A DNA stretch of 64,000 bases from Macrostomum lignano (Eukaryota), in contig NIVC01001861.1 of assembly GCA_002269645.1 (NCBI GenBank), forward strand, positions 164,840-228,839, given 5' to 3'. The notes under the pieces were generated by a model. That model was given only the letters and a program-made list of their open reading frames with translations. It ran no database searches and had not been told where the DNA came from. The translations under genes were made by a program, and so were the position numbers. This document shows, in pieces, positions 50,568 to 63,275 of this stretch (the first letter of the stretch is position 1; the number at the start of each line of letters is the position of its first letter).

Positions 50568-51398
50568 TCAGTAGTACCTAGCGCTTGGCGTATCCGCCCT
50601 TCGGAAGAAAAATGGCCGACAAGCATACGGCCAGTTGGCCGGCCCGTCCAGTGACGTTTCGACGCCAGACGGTCGAGAGGCCCACCGGCCGAATTCGTAG
50701 CGGGCCGCCACCAGTTCATCAGTCGGCGGCATTGGACTGACAGCTTCCCGCTGCTCAAAGTCTGCCGGCTCGAGTTCGTAGCGCTCGAATCTTGAGCAGC
50801 TCTCATTCCAGCAGCAACCGTTGCCGGTGCAATCCGGTGTTGATAGCCGCGGAGTCCGCTGTGGCGAAGGCAGTTGCACAGTTCGAGCAGAATGAATTGC
50901 GGGTGGCTGCAGTGGTTGATAGTCGCGCAGCTTGCGCTCCAGGTAAGCGCGAACTCCAGCGTTTCGCTCGTCGTCCAGCTCCAACGCAGTCGGAAGGCGT
51001 GCTGCTCTTGTCGAAGTCAGCTTTGCGTCCACCCTGAAGCCGTTGTCGTCGCTCCAATAGGGATTGAACTTCCTGCCGACACTTCCGACACCTACCAGAC
51101 GGGGGTCTTCTATGCGCTCGTCAGCTCGGAAGTGTCGGTCGCTGTCCCACCTCGAATCAGTCGGGTAGCGAGCGGCCGTCCTGGGAGCGGCGTCGTCAGA
51201 CCAGTAGTCTCGCTGATCCTCGCTGTATAGAGCGCGCCGACGACCAACAGAATCGTCGTAGTCGTCGTAGTCGTCCATCTCCATGTGCCACTTCAAAGTT
51301 TCTACAGCAGCTTCGTGCCTGGCGATAGAAGCGGCAAGACTGCGCCTCATCTTTCGATCGTCTGCCGTCGAGTCGTCGGTGTCGCGAAAACCGTTCAT
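50568..51398 (-). CDS. Uncharacterised protein, 276-aa ORF (may splice onward from a donor at about 50576)
   Basis: GC-rich non-repetitive ORF with ATG, codon style like the other exons, an acceptor 8 nt upstream and a possible phase-2 donor AG|GTACTA near its end. No recognised domain. Confidence 0.65.
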   Translation of the reverse strand: MNGFRDTDDSTADDRKMRRSLAASIARHEAAVETLKWHMEMDDYDDYDDSVGRRRALYSEDQRDYWSDDAAPRTAARYPTDSRWDSDRHFRADERIEDPRLVGVGSVGRKFNPYWSDDNGFRVDAKLTSTRAARLPTALELDDERNAGVRAYLERKLRDYQPLQPPAIHSARTVQLPSPQRTPRLSTPDCTGNGCCWNESCSRFERYELEPADFEQREAVSPMPPTDELVAARYEFGRWASRPSGVETSLDGPANWPYACRPFFFRRADTPSARYY

Positions 51399-54300
51399 TG
51401 CTGGCTCTGCGAAACGCGATTTGAGCTCATTTTTGATAAATAAAGCACTGGTAAGTGACGTACTGAAGTAGTTTGGATTGAATTAGTTTGGATTTTTATG
51501 ACTCAACTTACCATCATACTCTACTGCTGCAGGAAGCACTTGCTGTGATTAACAACACAGCTTGCTTTTTCAAAGACTTGTAAATTGCTTCAACCCTGGC
51601 TGCGCTTGCTCTTATGGCATTTCTTTCTATTTTCTTTCCTAAGGGTCTCTCTTCTTTTGGCGAAAGTTTACAAGCCCTCCCCTCAGTGACATTCGCGGGG
51701 TAAGGCTAAGCGAGCAAGTACTCCTGCTCGTGATAACGAAACAGAGAGAGAAAGGACAGAATGTACAAAACTAACGAGTGGCTGTTATTTGGTAGAAGAA
51801 AACAAGTTCTGTTTGCTGTGCGAGGACCGAGGAGCCTTAATCGGTGCCTCTGACATGTACGCCTGAGAATGCATACAAGCTGAGACCATGTGCATGGGAC
51901 ACTGTGCACATAGGTGAGGTAACTGCACATGTTATGCTCTTGATATGTTGACAAATGCATGCGTTAGGGCCAAGGACCGCTGTAGTTGATAAAAGGCAAC
52001 CAAGCAGATAATTCTGATCTTTACAATATGGTTTCAATGAGAGAGGTTGCTGTTGGAATCATTCTTTGTGCCGATGTCTATGACCGAATTATCAAGCTTG
52101 CTTGCCTTTTTCGTCTACGTCTATGTCTATCCTCTATGGGCAAGACTAAAGCAACTGCTGCCAAATGCTGCTCAAGTGCTCAACTTGCCTGGCAGTCCTG
52201 CAGCTGATGAGGGCCCTGCAGCCATGTCAATTTTGAGGCCCCTGCAGCCATGTCAACTTTGAGCCTGCATGTGTTCTTACCAAGAGTTGACTTAACAAAA
52301 TGGCAATGGCTTGACAGAAGATGCAATGAGAACTGCCAACAAGCACTGGCGGGTGACGTTGGGAGCAGAATAGGCGTTTTCGATGTATTCATTTTTGCAA
52401 TTGCATTAGCTGAATTTGCTCACTCTAAACTGATGGATCTGTACATTTTCCGCTTTCTATACAAGCTACCTCTACCTCTTTAAAAGGCATGGATCGAGCT
52501 AGCTGAATTGTGCTTTTATCTTTTTTCATTGCACTGCTGCACTCGCCGTTTTCTGTGCCTACAGCTTCAGTGATTTATTTACCATTCATTTTATGAAAGA
52601 AAATTGCTTCCTGTATCGCTGATTGGTGATTGTTTGCTTTGAATCCCGGCAAATAAAAATCCCCAAGTACGACGGGAAAAGGCCGAGCTTAGAAATTTGG
52701 AATGTACAGCTTTGCCTTTTAATCGATGCATAGAATGTATCATCTCACTGCAAATATGCAGGCTTTATTGAACTTGAAAACATGGAAGTTGACTTCTGGG
52801 TGCGACTAGTTGCATCAAATTATTGATGCAATCGTTTTTTGTAATTCAACCAGTCTATGTATTTACAATCGCTTGAATGTAAGTAAAGAGGTACATGTAA
52901 TGCCTAGCTAGCGGGCTCAGCAATAGGGCACAGTCAAATAGATGCTATTTTTAACATCAGCACAGTTATATACACACCCATACAGCTGGTGACTTGCCCA
53001 ATTGGTCTAACGATAATCGCCGGTGATAGAGAAATGAAGGAAATAAGAGTACAATCAATAACATGATTAATCATTACCGTACTAAAGAATAAAATTCTTA
53101 TAACGCCTTTTTAGTTAAACCTAAATAGTTCTGACAGTTAATAATATGTTTTTATATTATCCTAGATTTCGTTGTCATTTGGATTTGTTTTGTTAATTTG
53201 TGTCGAAAATAAAAGCGTTGTTTTTTAAGTTTTACTCTTTGCGGATCTAAACAGATAATATATCTGTTTCGAAAGTCATAATTAGACTGGAATGCTTCTC
53301 TACTGGAGGGACGGCTTGCGCTGATTCCAGTAAGTAAGTCATATACCTGAATAATAAATTATAGAAATGAAACATATTGATTTCATTTTAAATTAAATTT
53401 TAATTAAGCTAAATTAATCATATGTTAGGTTGTAAGACATCCATTCCACCATAAAATAGTTGATTTTGTGTATTAATATTAAAGAAATTTTATAGAGTTA
53501 ATCTTCAAATTAGATTATCAACACTGACTAATTCCAGAGGATTGTCTTCTTTATTCAAAGATGATCAAGGATGAAAGTATTGATGAGATATCCATTTTCA
53601 AGGTAAGAATTTTTTTAATAATAATCATTGAATTTAAGTCAGAATTTTAGACATAAATGGGGACAAAGTTTAACAAAACATATTTTGAATATATGTTTAT
53701 CTAGGGAATCGCTGGATTAGTGCTGTGTTTTCTCATACTTTTTGTTTTCTTACAAAAGTATAAAAGACATGTGAGTTTTATTGTTTTAGATTTGCTTATA
53801 TTATTTTATTCACAAATATAGATCAATGATTTACTTTTACTAAACGCTTACTAATAAGATTATTTGAAGGGGTCATTTTTTCAAATTCATAATATACATA
53901 TTAATTTCAAATTAAGTAATTGAATCTTGTAAAATAATATAATGATTGCTTAAAATTGAAAACTTATTTAATGCTTGTAATTTTATATCTAGAATGTCTT
54001 TCAAATTTTTGTATTTCAGATCTGGTTCTTACTCTTTTGCTCCATAATCTACCATTCAGTTTTTCTAGCTAATTGTATTGTTCTTTTAGCTAATTCTTTT
54101 CATTTTGACTTAAGCAAAAAGCAATTTCTTGTATCATACTCTTCTCTTCATTTCTGCATTATCCTTACATTGTACAAGGTTCAAAAGTGCAAAATGTTCT
54201 TTTTTCTAATCCAAAGGGACATTAAACTGACTTATTTCTTGATGCAGATTTGGGCACCCAAATATCAAATCACTCAACTGCATGATAGAGAAAGCTTCAA

Positions 54301-54676
54301 TGTATAATTTGATTGATACAAACTAAAATATAGTTTACACCCAGGTTGAAACTATCGTCAATTTCTCACACAAAACTTGATACCCTGAAATTGTGGGGCA
54401 GAGTTGGAAAACCTGCTTCAAAAGCACGCGCATCCATTCGTGTTTACTCTGAGCATTTGTCTTGGCTGCAATTGTGCAGGTGAGACAGAAAGAGGGCTCA
54501 TAGTTAGCATGGTGTTGTAGCCAGGGCGAGACAAAATTCATGCCCCTCAAATCCTGCCATTTGTTGGCCACCCGAATGGAATGCGCAACAATGATTCACT
54601 GGCGCAGGGTATAACAGGGAATGCTGAGCCTAAGAAAAACACACAAACACAGACATTTCTGCCCCACTATTTTTAG

Positions 54677-57600
54677 GCTCGCCGTCAGCCTCAGCAGTCA
54701 GCTGCAGAAGCGGTGCCAGCCGCCAACGATACCAGTGCAAGTGAGCAGGAAGATTCTTCAACTGAATCCCAGGACAGAGCTTCGCTGCCTACACTGGCTT
54801 GCACTGGTACGTCAAATTGCCTGCTTAACTTGAGCGAGCTCTAATTTCCTCTTACAAATATATATATTTGTTTATCTGTGCCAGTTTGGCCTTAACTAGC
54901 TAATTTGAATTCTTCCAAGCGTAGAAATTGGTTCGAAGTCGTTCGAGTCTTCAACAGGACTTTCGATTCAACTGGTCCCCGTTGCACTGCTGGCCTGTTC
55001 ATTGGTGCTTAGCTTTAGCCGCTGCACTATTTATGGGGTAAAATGAGACGCAGCAAGTAGCCAAGACTTTTCTCTGACTGTTAAGTCACCCGGATTCCTT
55101 CAGGCCTAAAGCTCAGTTTCTAGCCAAATTTGACCTAAAATGGAATGTGGAAGTGACGAAAATTCTGGACAGCCTTTTTCCTTTTTAGCTAAATTTATTT
55201 TTCTTACCACCAAAATTTTTAGCTTGGGCATTTTCGCAGTATGCACCAATAATTATTCATAATGGCCATAAAAGTTATTTGTATACCTCTTGGGGCTTGC
55301 CGGTTGACATAGTTTAGGATTTGCCGAATAAAACGCCAGCTCTGAAACGAAGTAATGAGCCTTTAAATTTAAATGAATAACCGTAACTGCCGACTTGTAA
55401 TAGTATATTAGAGACAATTTACCAGCTTTTATTCCGATCGATTGGAATTCATTTCAGACCAGCAGCAACAAGTCGAACCTGCGATGGCCGCGCCGTCAAC
55501 CTGCAGCAACGGTGGCGACGTCATGGACGACCAGAAACGCTATTTGACCTTCAGCGACATAGCCAGTGGCATCGACCCGGAGGCCACGCCAAATCAAGCT
55601 AAATCGGTTGTACGCTCGGAGACCATCGAACTCGAGTCCAGCCTAGATTTGGACAGATATCCGGGCTTAAGCGGCGTCGGGTCAGGCAGTAAAAGTGGCA
55701 TGCTACTCAAGGACGCCATCATGCGTTGTAGGCGCGAATCCGGAGCTAAAGTTCTCCGTCAGGAGGAAATTTCCTCCCTAGGTATCGTCCGCCGACGCGT
55801 TGAGCACACCTATCGGTCGAGCTTCCAACTACCGGACGCGTCAATTGTAGCTGTGACTCATCGCGAGGTGTATCACAGCACCGATCCGGAAGTGGAGGTA
55901 ATCGTTACTCTGGCACAAGCTGCTCCATCTGGTGGGCTCAAAACCAAGATCGGCGATGACATTAGTGTGTCTGAGTTAGCTAGAGAAAACCGTTGGGCCA
56001 GCTTGATGCTCTCTAGCGATGGTTACTATGACGACCAGCTGTGCATGATGCTGCTCGGTTGTCACCGGTCGGGCCCAGCGCACCAAGAGGAGACAGTTGT
56101 AGAGCCGAATTCATCAGCCGCCGCTGAGGCTCAAGCCGACCCAAATGTTGTTGACACAACTCTTGCCTCGGAGATTAGCCTGCCGCATCCATTCGAGTAC
56201 CAATCGATGTACGATGGAGACAAAGCCAGAAACGTTGATGAAGACGGCGAAGTGGTTGATCCGGTCGATAGAGAAGCATTGGTGAGGCGAATCCTAGCTG
56301 ACATTGATGCTTCGTACCGCTGCGGCTCCTGTGATTCTATTCGGCCAGACAATCGCCCAAGCGCAGTTGAAATCGGCGAGTTTTCTGTTGGCAGAGTTGG
56401 CGACCGAGCCCGGGTCATGTCAGCCTCAATGGATCACCTGGCTGTCACCGAGACTCGATCTCGACGCCGGATGCTCGCTTCGTCAGAGCGGTCCCATGTG
56501 GCTGAGTCAGACTCAAATTTGGCGGCAAAGGTGGCGGCCGAAAAAACTTCCGCAAACACTTGCCAGTTGTCTAACGCTTCGAGCTCCAGTCTTGGCTACG
56601 ATTCCCACTCTTCTGTTTACAGCTCAGTAAGCCGGGTCTCCCGGAAACTTTCCATGTCTGATCGCGTCTATCTTGAGGTTCTCAGCGACGAGAGCCAATT
56701 AGTTAGCGACGCTGAAGAGAATGGCGACGATGAGGAATCGATTAATCGATGCCAGACGCAAGAGTTCTCACTGCCTCCGACGTCTACATTCTCTGCTATG
56801 GTTGATGAGCCTCATCATCAGAATCGAGAAAAGATTCAAGAGCAGCAGAACAACTCACAGCAGCAACAGCAGAAGCAGCTTCAGCGCTTATCTCGGGCGG
56901 AGGTGCTCAGCATGGACAGTTTCGAAACGGCTAGTGAAAAAACCACTGAACATACCAAGGACACCGTGGACACGAGTGTAGACCAAGCGTTTACAGCGTC
57001 AGTATATGCTCGCCGACCATCCTTGTCACTTCCCGACTCTGGCGAACTTGCTCCTGCTGCTGCGCCAGCTATTGAACAAGTTGATGGTCCCGCTAACAAG
57101 GACTATGGCGCTATAGTCCGCCAGCGAGCCAAGAAATTTGAGAGTGCTGCACCGAGGTACGGTTCGAGGACAGCTGAAGAGCGTCGCTCATATCAGGAAC
57201 TGCAGGACACCGGCGCGGTGGCGCAGACAGCCCAGGTTCACGAGGCGTACATCAAGCAGCATGAGATGCAGCCGGCTCCTGGGCAGTTTTGCCTTGATGT
57301 TGAATCTGATTCTCAGGAAAGATTTGTTTACCAACGAAACCAAGATTTGGAGAGTAAAGAAATAGTTGACGAGATTACTCACAGTAGTAGAAGTGATCTA
57401 TCAGCCATCGAACATGAGGCTATGATGATTAAAAGCAGCCTGAAATCGGCTCAAACATATCGCAGCCGTCCAAACATAATACCATCTACCCTTGCTGGTC
57501 CGACTGCCGCTAACGAAAGTGCAGCGTCTGTCAGCAAAGGTGAACACCGAGCACAGGACGATTTGACACAGATTCTATCCGCTAACATTGGCGATAGCTT

Positions 57601-60600
57601 TGCAGCAAAGGAATTGTCTTCTGTCGAAAATGCATCTTCCGTTAAGAGAGAGCAGCTTGAACCTAGCATGACTCCAAAGACGCCTGAGCCTAGTAAACAG
57701 GAGAATTTGGCGCCATTAGCATTAGAGGATACTGAAATTAGTGAAGAAAAAAGTTCCGCGGCTAAAGGCAGCACTCAAGCAACTAATATTCATCACATGA
57801 TACCCACAAAGAAACCTATTTTATCGTCTCCTGTAAATAAAAAGTCCGCCTCTACAACTTCAGTTGCCGACCATCGGGGCCAAGAAGATCTGATTCAAAT
57901 TCAACACACGTCAGGTACTGCCAGTGGGATTGAAATTTCAATCGTAGAAAACTCAGAAGCGACAGAAGAGACTCAGTTTAGTCCCAGCTTGTCTGAATCT
58001 GTGCTTGTTTGTCCAGCCGCTCCCAACGAAAGCATTTCTTTATCAGCAGCAACTGCAAGTCAGGAGCTAAGGGGTCAAGAAGACCTTACTTTGCATATTC
58101 CGTCAACCGTCTGCGTAGAAAATGAGATGGATAAAATTAGAAAATCAGATGAGCTAAAACTGCTCAGCCCCAGCTTGCCAACATCTGTTCGGGTTCGACC
58201 AACGGACCCAAAGTTCAAGGGCCAGGAAAATTTTATTGCGGGTACTCAGGTTTTAAATGCCACAATAAAGGATGAAAACGAAGCTGACGAAGGCCAGTTT
58301 GGTTGCAGCTCAACATTTCCGGTTAAAGCTGTATCAAAAATTGGCTCTACATCTACATTCGCAGTCACTAAGCACCGGGGACAAGAGGATCGGATGCTTC
58401 GGATACCAGCGGCTGAAATTAGTGCTGAAGCATGCGAAGAGTCGGGCGGCAATGACAAGCAGTTTAACCCTCCTGACTTGCTATCATCGATCCGCACAAA
58501 CACTGCCGAGCAGCCTAATGCCATTAGTTCAAGTTCGTCCTCTCAGACAGACAGCGATTCCGAAACGGATGAAGAGGCGAGCGCCTACGGTGAAATTCCA
58601 CGGCAGGTAGCGCTCGGTCAGTCACTAATTTCGACGCCTCTCACTACGATTTCCGAGGAGCTGCCGTTGTCAAATCAGCCCAAAACTCTACAGCCTTCGG
58701 AGTCTATTGCTATTGTTGGACGTCATTCTGATTTGTCAAAAGAGCCAACAGTTCTTATTAAGCCGTCTGCTCCGCTAGTCAGGCTAGAAGACATGGAGCT
58801 GGCCTGCTCAAGTGTTGGCTCGCAGTCAGACGCCGGCTCCGGTACCGAATACGTGGAAGATGAAAGTTTTTCGAAGGCATCTAGTGCCACTTTTCAATTG
58901 GGACGCGGTTCAAGCGTTAGTACCCCCGAAAAAAGTCAAAGCAGCAATTTAACGAAGACAAGTGACGCTGATACAGCTCCTGCGAGCAAGTCATTAGGGA
59001 AAGAAACTCAGAAAAAACCATCTAACAAGTCTCGTAGCTTTAGTGGTAGAAATCGAATCAAGAAAACTACACCTAGCAACAAGCCGGAGGAAGCTAGGGC
59101 TGCTGAGCATTTACAGAAGTCTGTTACTTCACAACCAGTATCGAAAGAGCAAAAGCCCAGGGCATCCGCTGACGACTCGCTGCAATGCTTGGAAGAGAGC
59201 TTTTCAATGACGCTTTCTGCAACACTTCAAGCAGGCCGCTTTGTAACCAGTCATTCCACTAGCAACAAGACAGTTGCTGCGGGCACTGAGCAGAAATCGG
59301 TTCCAGTCCCTAAATCAAGCCAATTAAATTCAGCTGCTGCAGCCACTAAGACATTTGATGATAGCTTTCAACAAACACAAAAAGAGGAGCCCAAATTTTG
59401 CGGTTCGCCATCATCTACCGGCAAGTCTCGAAGCTTTAGTAACAGAATTCGCGTTAAGAAAAGCACACCTGGCAACAATTCAGATGTTAAGAGCACTGAA
59501 CAGGTGCAAAAGTTAGTTTCGGTGCCCGGATCTAATGAGTTAAAAGCAAGCGCCACACCCTCCATTGAGGAGTCTTGCAATTCAACAAAATCTCAGGGAG
59601 ACCAGAATCTAGCCGCTGAGAGGCCGAGCAAAAAGGCGATCAAGTCCTCCTTTAGATCTAAGAAGACAACAGGCTCAGTATCACCGACATCGCCACTAGT
59701 TGAAGATGATGGTAAGAAAGCTGATCAGCAAAAGCCCGAACATCAAATGAACTCTATTGTACCGATCGAAGACAACATTGAAGCATTAAGTTTTTCGCAA
59801 TTCGCCAGTCTTATGCTTCAATCGCACAGTGATATCGCGATCGAAAGCAGCAATAGCTTGCAGCTGCAGTGTCAGCAGCCGTCTCTGCATAGATCTCCCT
59901 GCAACAGCGCCTGTGCTATGAATGACAGTCTAAAACAGCCGGAGTTAATAGCGTTTGCTACGTCCACCTCGGCACTTAAGCAGAACATCAGGAACAGTCA
60001 TGTTGGATCAGTCAACTGCACAGCAGATATTGCTTCCGTTGAGGCGCTATCTTTTGCACCAAAAAGACCACTGCGGCTTTGTAGTCACATGGAGCCAAGT
60101 GTGCTACCAATTGCTACCCCATCGCCAGCAGCTGCCGCAGCTACCAGTCCCACGCCCCAGCCTCGACGCTCTAAATTCAGCCGGCGAAGGCAGTCACAAA
60201 AGAAGCTTAGCAAAACATCATCGCCGTCGTCGTCGCCGTCTGTTGAACGCTCGTCGACTTTACCAACGCCATCTCCATCCTCACCGAAGTCACCATCGTC
60301 AACGCTGTCTTCGTCATGGCCGGTAACACAGGATGACTCGAAACCCGAAAGTAATCAGCAACAGACGCCAGTCTATTCGCGCCAGGAGACGGGCGAATTT
60401 TATTTGCGAACTTCCGACGGCGAAGAGAATACAGGCGTCGAAGACGACACTAGGTCTTCAGCCGTTGGCGCAGCCGTCACGCCTCTGTCATCACTCACTC
60501 CTGCTAGTTCGCCAACGCCGTCGCCTTCGCTTCCGTCGCCGACGGCTTCGCTGGCATTGTCAACAATCCTCTGTCGGCTTCGTCAGATGGTGAGCTAAAA

Positions 60601-61575
60601 TTTGAAAGCTATATTAAATTAGAACCGAACCTATGTAACCGCTCCTATTTTGTTTCATTAGAATCGGAAGAAAATGACATGGCATCCATCGGTGACAGCG
60701 AACTGTCAGATGCTCGATCCGTTGAGGCAAGCTCCGACAAGCCGATAGAGCGTCAGGGTGCGGCGGCTACGGTAACACCAGCAGCGGCGGCCTCCAAGTC
60801 GCTGCCGCAGCCGCTGCCAGCCGATCCGTTCGGTGCCGGCGCTATCGACTTCCTGCTAGCCTGTTTGAATCGGCGCGAACTGCCGAACCAGCCAGTGGTC
60901 GCGGCCCGATCAAATCCGTATCTCAGTGTGACACCTGTCGCCGCCGCTGGTCCGACAGGCGTCAATCCAGCTGCCTCTGCGTCAATGGACGAGCTCAACC
61001 GTCGGGCTTATCTGTCCAAGGGCATCGTCGACGTCAAACAGCAGCCGCGTCATCGACGCCGGATTCGTCGACGCCGACACCGGCTTGGCGGCGGCTCCTA
61101 CTACCGGCACAGCTCGTCCGCGCTGTCTCTGCTGCGCGAACCGTCCTACCTGGCGCTGGCTCTGTCCATCCGACGCCGGCACGAAACGCCGTCCCCTAAA
61201 CGATCAAGAAGCTACGTACGTTACAATACCGAGGATACGGACGAGGGCGAAGCTGACGACGGCGAGGATTTGAATGAGTCGGACGATTACGAGGAGGAGT
61301 ACAGCTACTATCAGCAGCAGTCCTATTACTACGGACAGACGGAGGCAGATCGGCGTGCCCAGGGAGCTCGGCAGCTTGATAAGCAGCGTCGGGCTCGCTC
61401 AATGCCGATTCCCGGACCGGAGGAGGTCGGCGGCGAGGTCGACGGCGAGGAAGCGGCCGGGGCGACGCTGTGGCCGTACGGCCGGCGTCGTAAACGACAG
61501 CGGCGTCAACGTCGCAAAGGTCGACGCGCGGTGTTCCTGTCGGCCGCCAATCTGGTGTACGAGACCAGCCTGTAG
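54677..61575 (+). CDS. Large low-complexity Ser/Thr/Glu-rich protein of unknown function; exons 54677-54806, 55458-60589 (5.1 kb), 60662-61575; probable 1-nt frameshift near 60565; 5' end unresolved
   Basis: 1718-codon stop-free frame. G|GTACGT (54807) to TTTCAG|AC (55458) is phase 1. Donor GTGAG at 60590 and acceptor CATTAG at 60661 join in frame (...PLSASSD-ESEENDMASIG...) only if the last ~8-27 codons of the long exon shift frame. Confidence 0.8.
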
Positions 61576-61849
61576 GGGGGTACTGCGGTTTTGAATTCAA
61601 ATCCAATATTTCCGAGTAAACTTTTGGTGTGCAAATTTTGTTAGGCTATATAGTGTAAACTTTCTTGTTTAAGCTTCTTTGTTTTTGGTCACTCCGCATG
61701 TGAGATTTTCGAGTCGGTGTCTCTCTATAAGTGAGATTTTGCTGTCGCTGTCTCTTGAGGCGGTAGATTTTTACTGTAGTGCTACATGCATCTGTCTACT
61801 TTTGTGTTAAATTTTAAGCCACAATTTTCATGAATTTCTCATGAAGAAA

Positions 61850-62012
61850 TCCCGTGGGGAATCCCTGCTATGATGTAAATTGGTGAAATCCGTGGCCGGG
61901 GAATCCCTGCCATGCTGTACATTGGGGAAATCCATGGGGAATCCCCGCTACAATGTACATTGGTGAAATCTGTGGCCGGGGAATCCCTGCCATGATGTAC
62001 ATTGGGAAACCC
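61850..62012. repeat. Degenerate tandem repeat, about 4 copies
   Basis: GGGAATCCC(T/C)GC(T/C)A...TGTA(A/C)ATTGG recurs four times. Confidence 0.75.
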
Positions 62013-62689
62013 TTAGGTAATACCTGCTTTCATTGTAATGTTTCTGATAAGGAAGTTAATAGATATTATGTGATTACATATTATTGTAGCTTGTACTAAA
62101 AGGCCTATTGGCAATGCGTCATTAAGTTATGCTAATATAAGTAGTTCATTGAGCTTTTCTGGTACGAGCGTACAATAATATTTTCAATTCGTTTCTAACA
62201 TTCCGTGCGATCTCGCAATTTTACTAATAGTAGTATATAGCTACACAGATGCTACAGACCAATGCTTAAACGGTGCAGCGCACAATTTCAATGCTGTGAT
62301 TCGAATATCAGTGTTTTTCGGTCTTTTGCCATTAGTTTTTCCGTATTACTAATATTTTACGCGCGACGATGTACAGCTGCGTATCTTTACATGTATCTCG
62401 ATTTGACGTATTTAAGCTTTATTTACAAAGTCATTTCGATGTAGAATTGTTTTATTCCTTGGTCACTGGACAACCACACATTGTATTTCTGTATAATACA
62501 GCTATGCACTTTTGCATGCCGCCATTGATTTCGAATTTCGCTCCTCCAGTGCCCTGATTTCTGTTGTTTAATCGAGGCAGTTTATTTATAGAGTTGATCA
62601 CAATTGACATTGTTCGATAAGATTGCATTAGGCACGATTTTGAAGTCTATAGCTTACATCGGTGATTGAGATATTGAGGTCGAAAATTT

Positions 62690-63275
62690 TACTGAGGTGA
62701 GATTTTGAGATCGATAGCCTTATTGGGTGAGATTTTGAGATCGATAGCCTTATTGGGTGAGATTTTGAGATCTATAGCCTTATTGGGTGAGATTTTGAGA
62801 TCGATAGCCTTATTGGGTGAGATTTTGAGATCGATAGCCTTATTGGGTGAGATTTTGAGATCGATAGCCTTATTGGGTGAGATTTTGAGATCTATAGCCT
62901 TATTGGGGTGAGATTTTGAGATCTATAGCCTTATTGGGTGAGATTTTGATATCTATAGCCTATTGGGTGAGATTTTGGTATCTATAGCCTTTTGGGTGAG
63001 ATTTTGAGATCTATAGCCTTATTGGGGTGAGATTTTGGTATCTATACCCTATTGGGGTGAGATTTCGGTATCTATAGCCTTATTGGGGTGAGATTTTGGT
63101 ATCCATAGCTTTATTGTGGTGAGATTTTGATATTTATAGCCTCATTGGGGTGAGATTTTAAAATCTATACCTGAGATTTTGAGATCGATAACCTGAGATT
63201 TTGAGATCGATAACCTGAGATTTTGAGATCGATACACTGAGGTTTCGAGATCGATACCCTGAGATTTTGAGATCG
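62690..63275. repeat. 30-bp minisatellite decaying into a 22-bp derivative
   Basis: Unit GAGATTTTGAGATCGATAGCCTTATTGGGT, then CTGAGATTTTGAGATCGATAAC. Confidence 0.94.

Noticed and set aside
45891-50580. Splicing of the 51398-50568 ORF onto the EF-hand exon
   Set aside because: Donor phase 2 versus acceptor phase 1; a closer MGSSGS exon fits better.
53240-54330. Stop-riddled coding-like AT-rich, CpG-poor relic on the minus strand
   Set aside because: No recognisable domain or termini; may be an old transposon but cannot be supported by eye.
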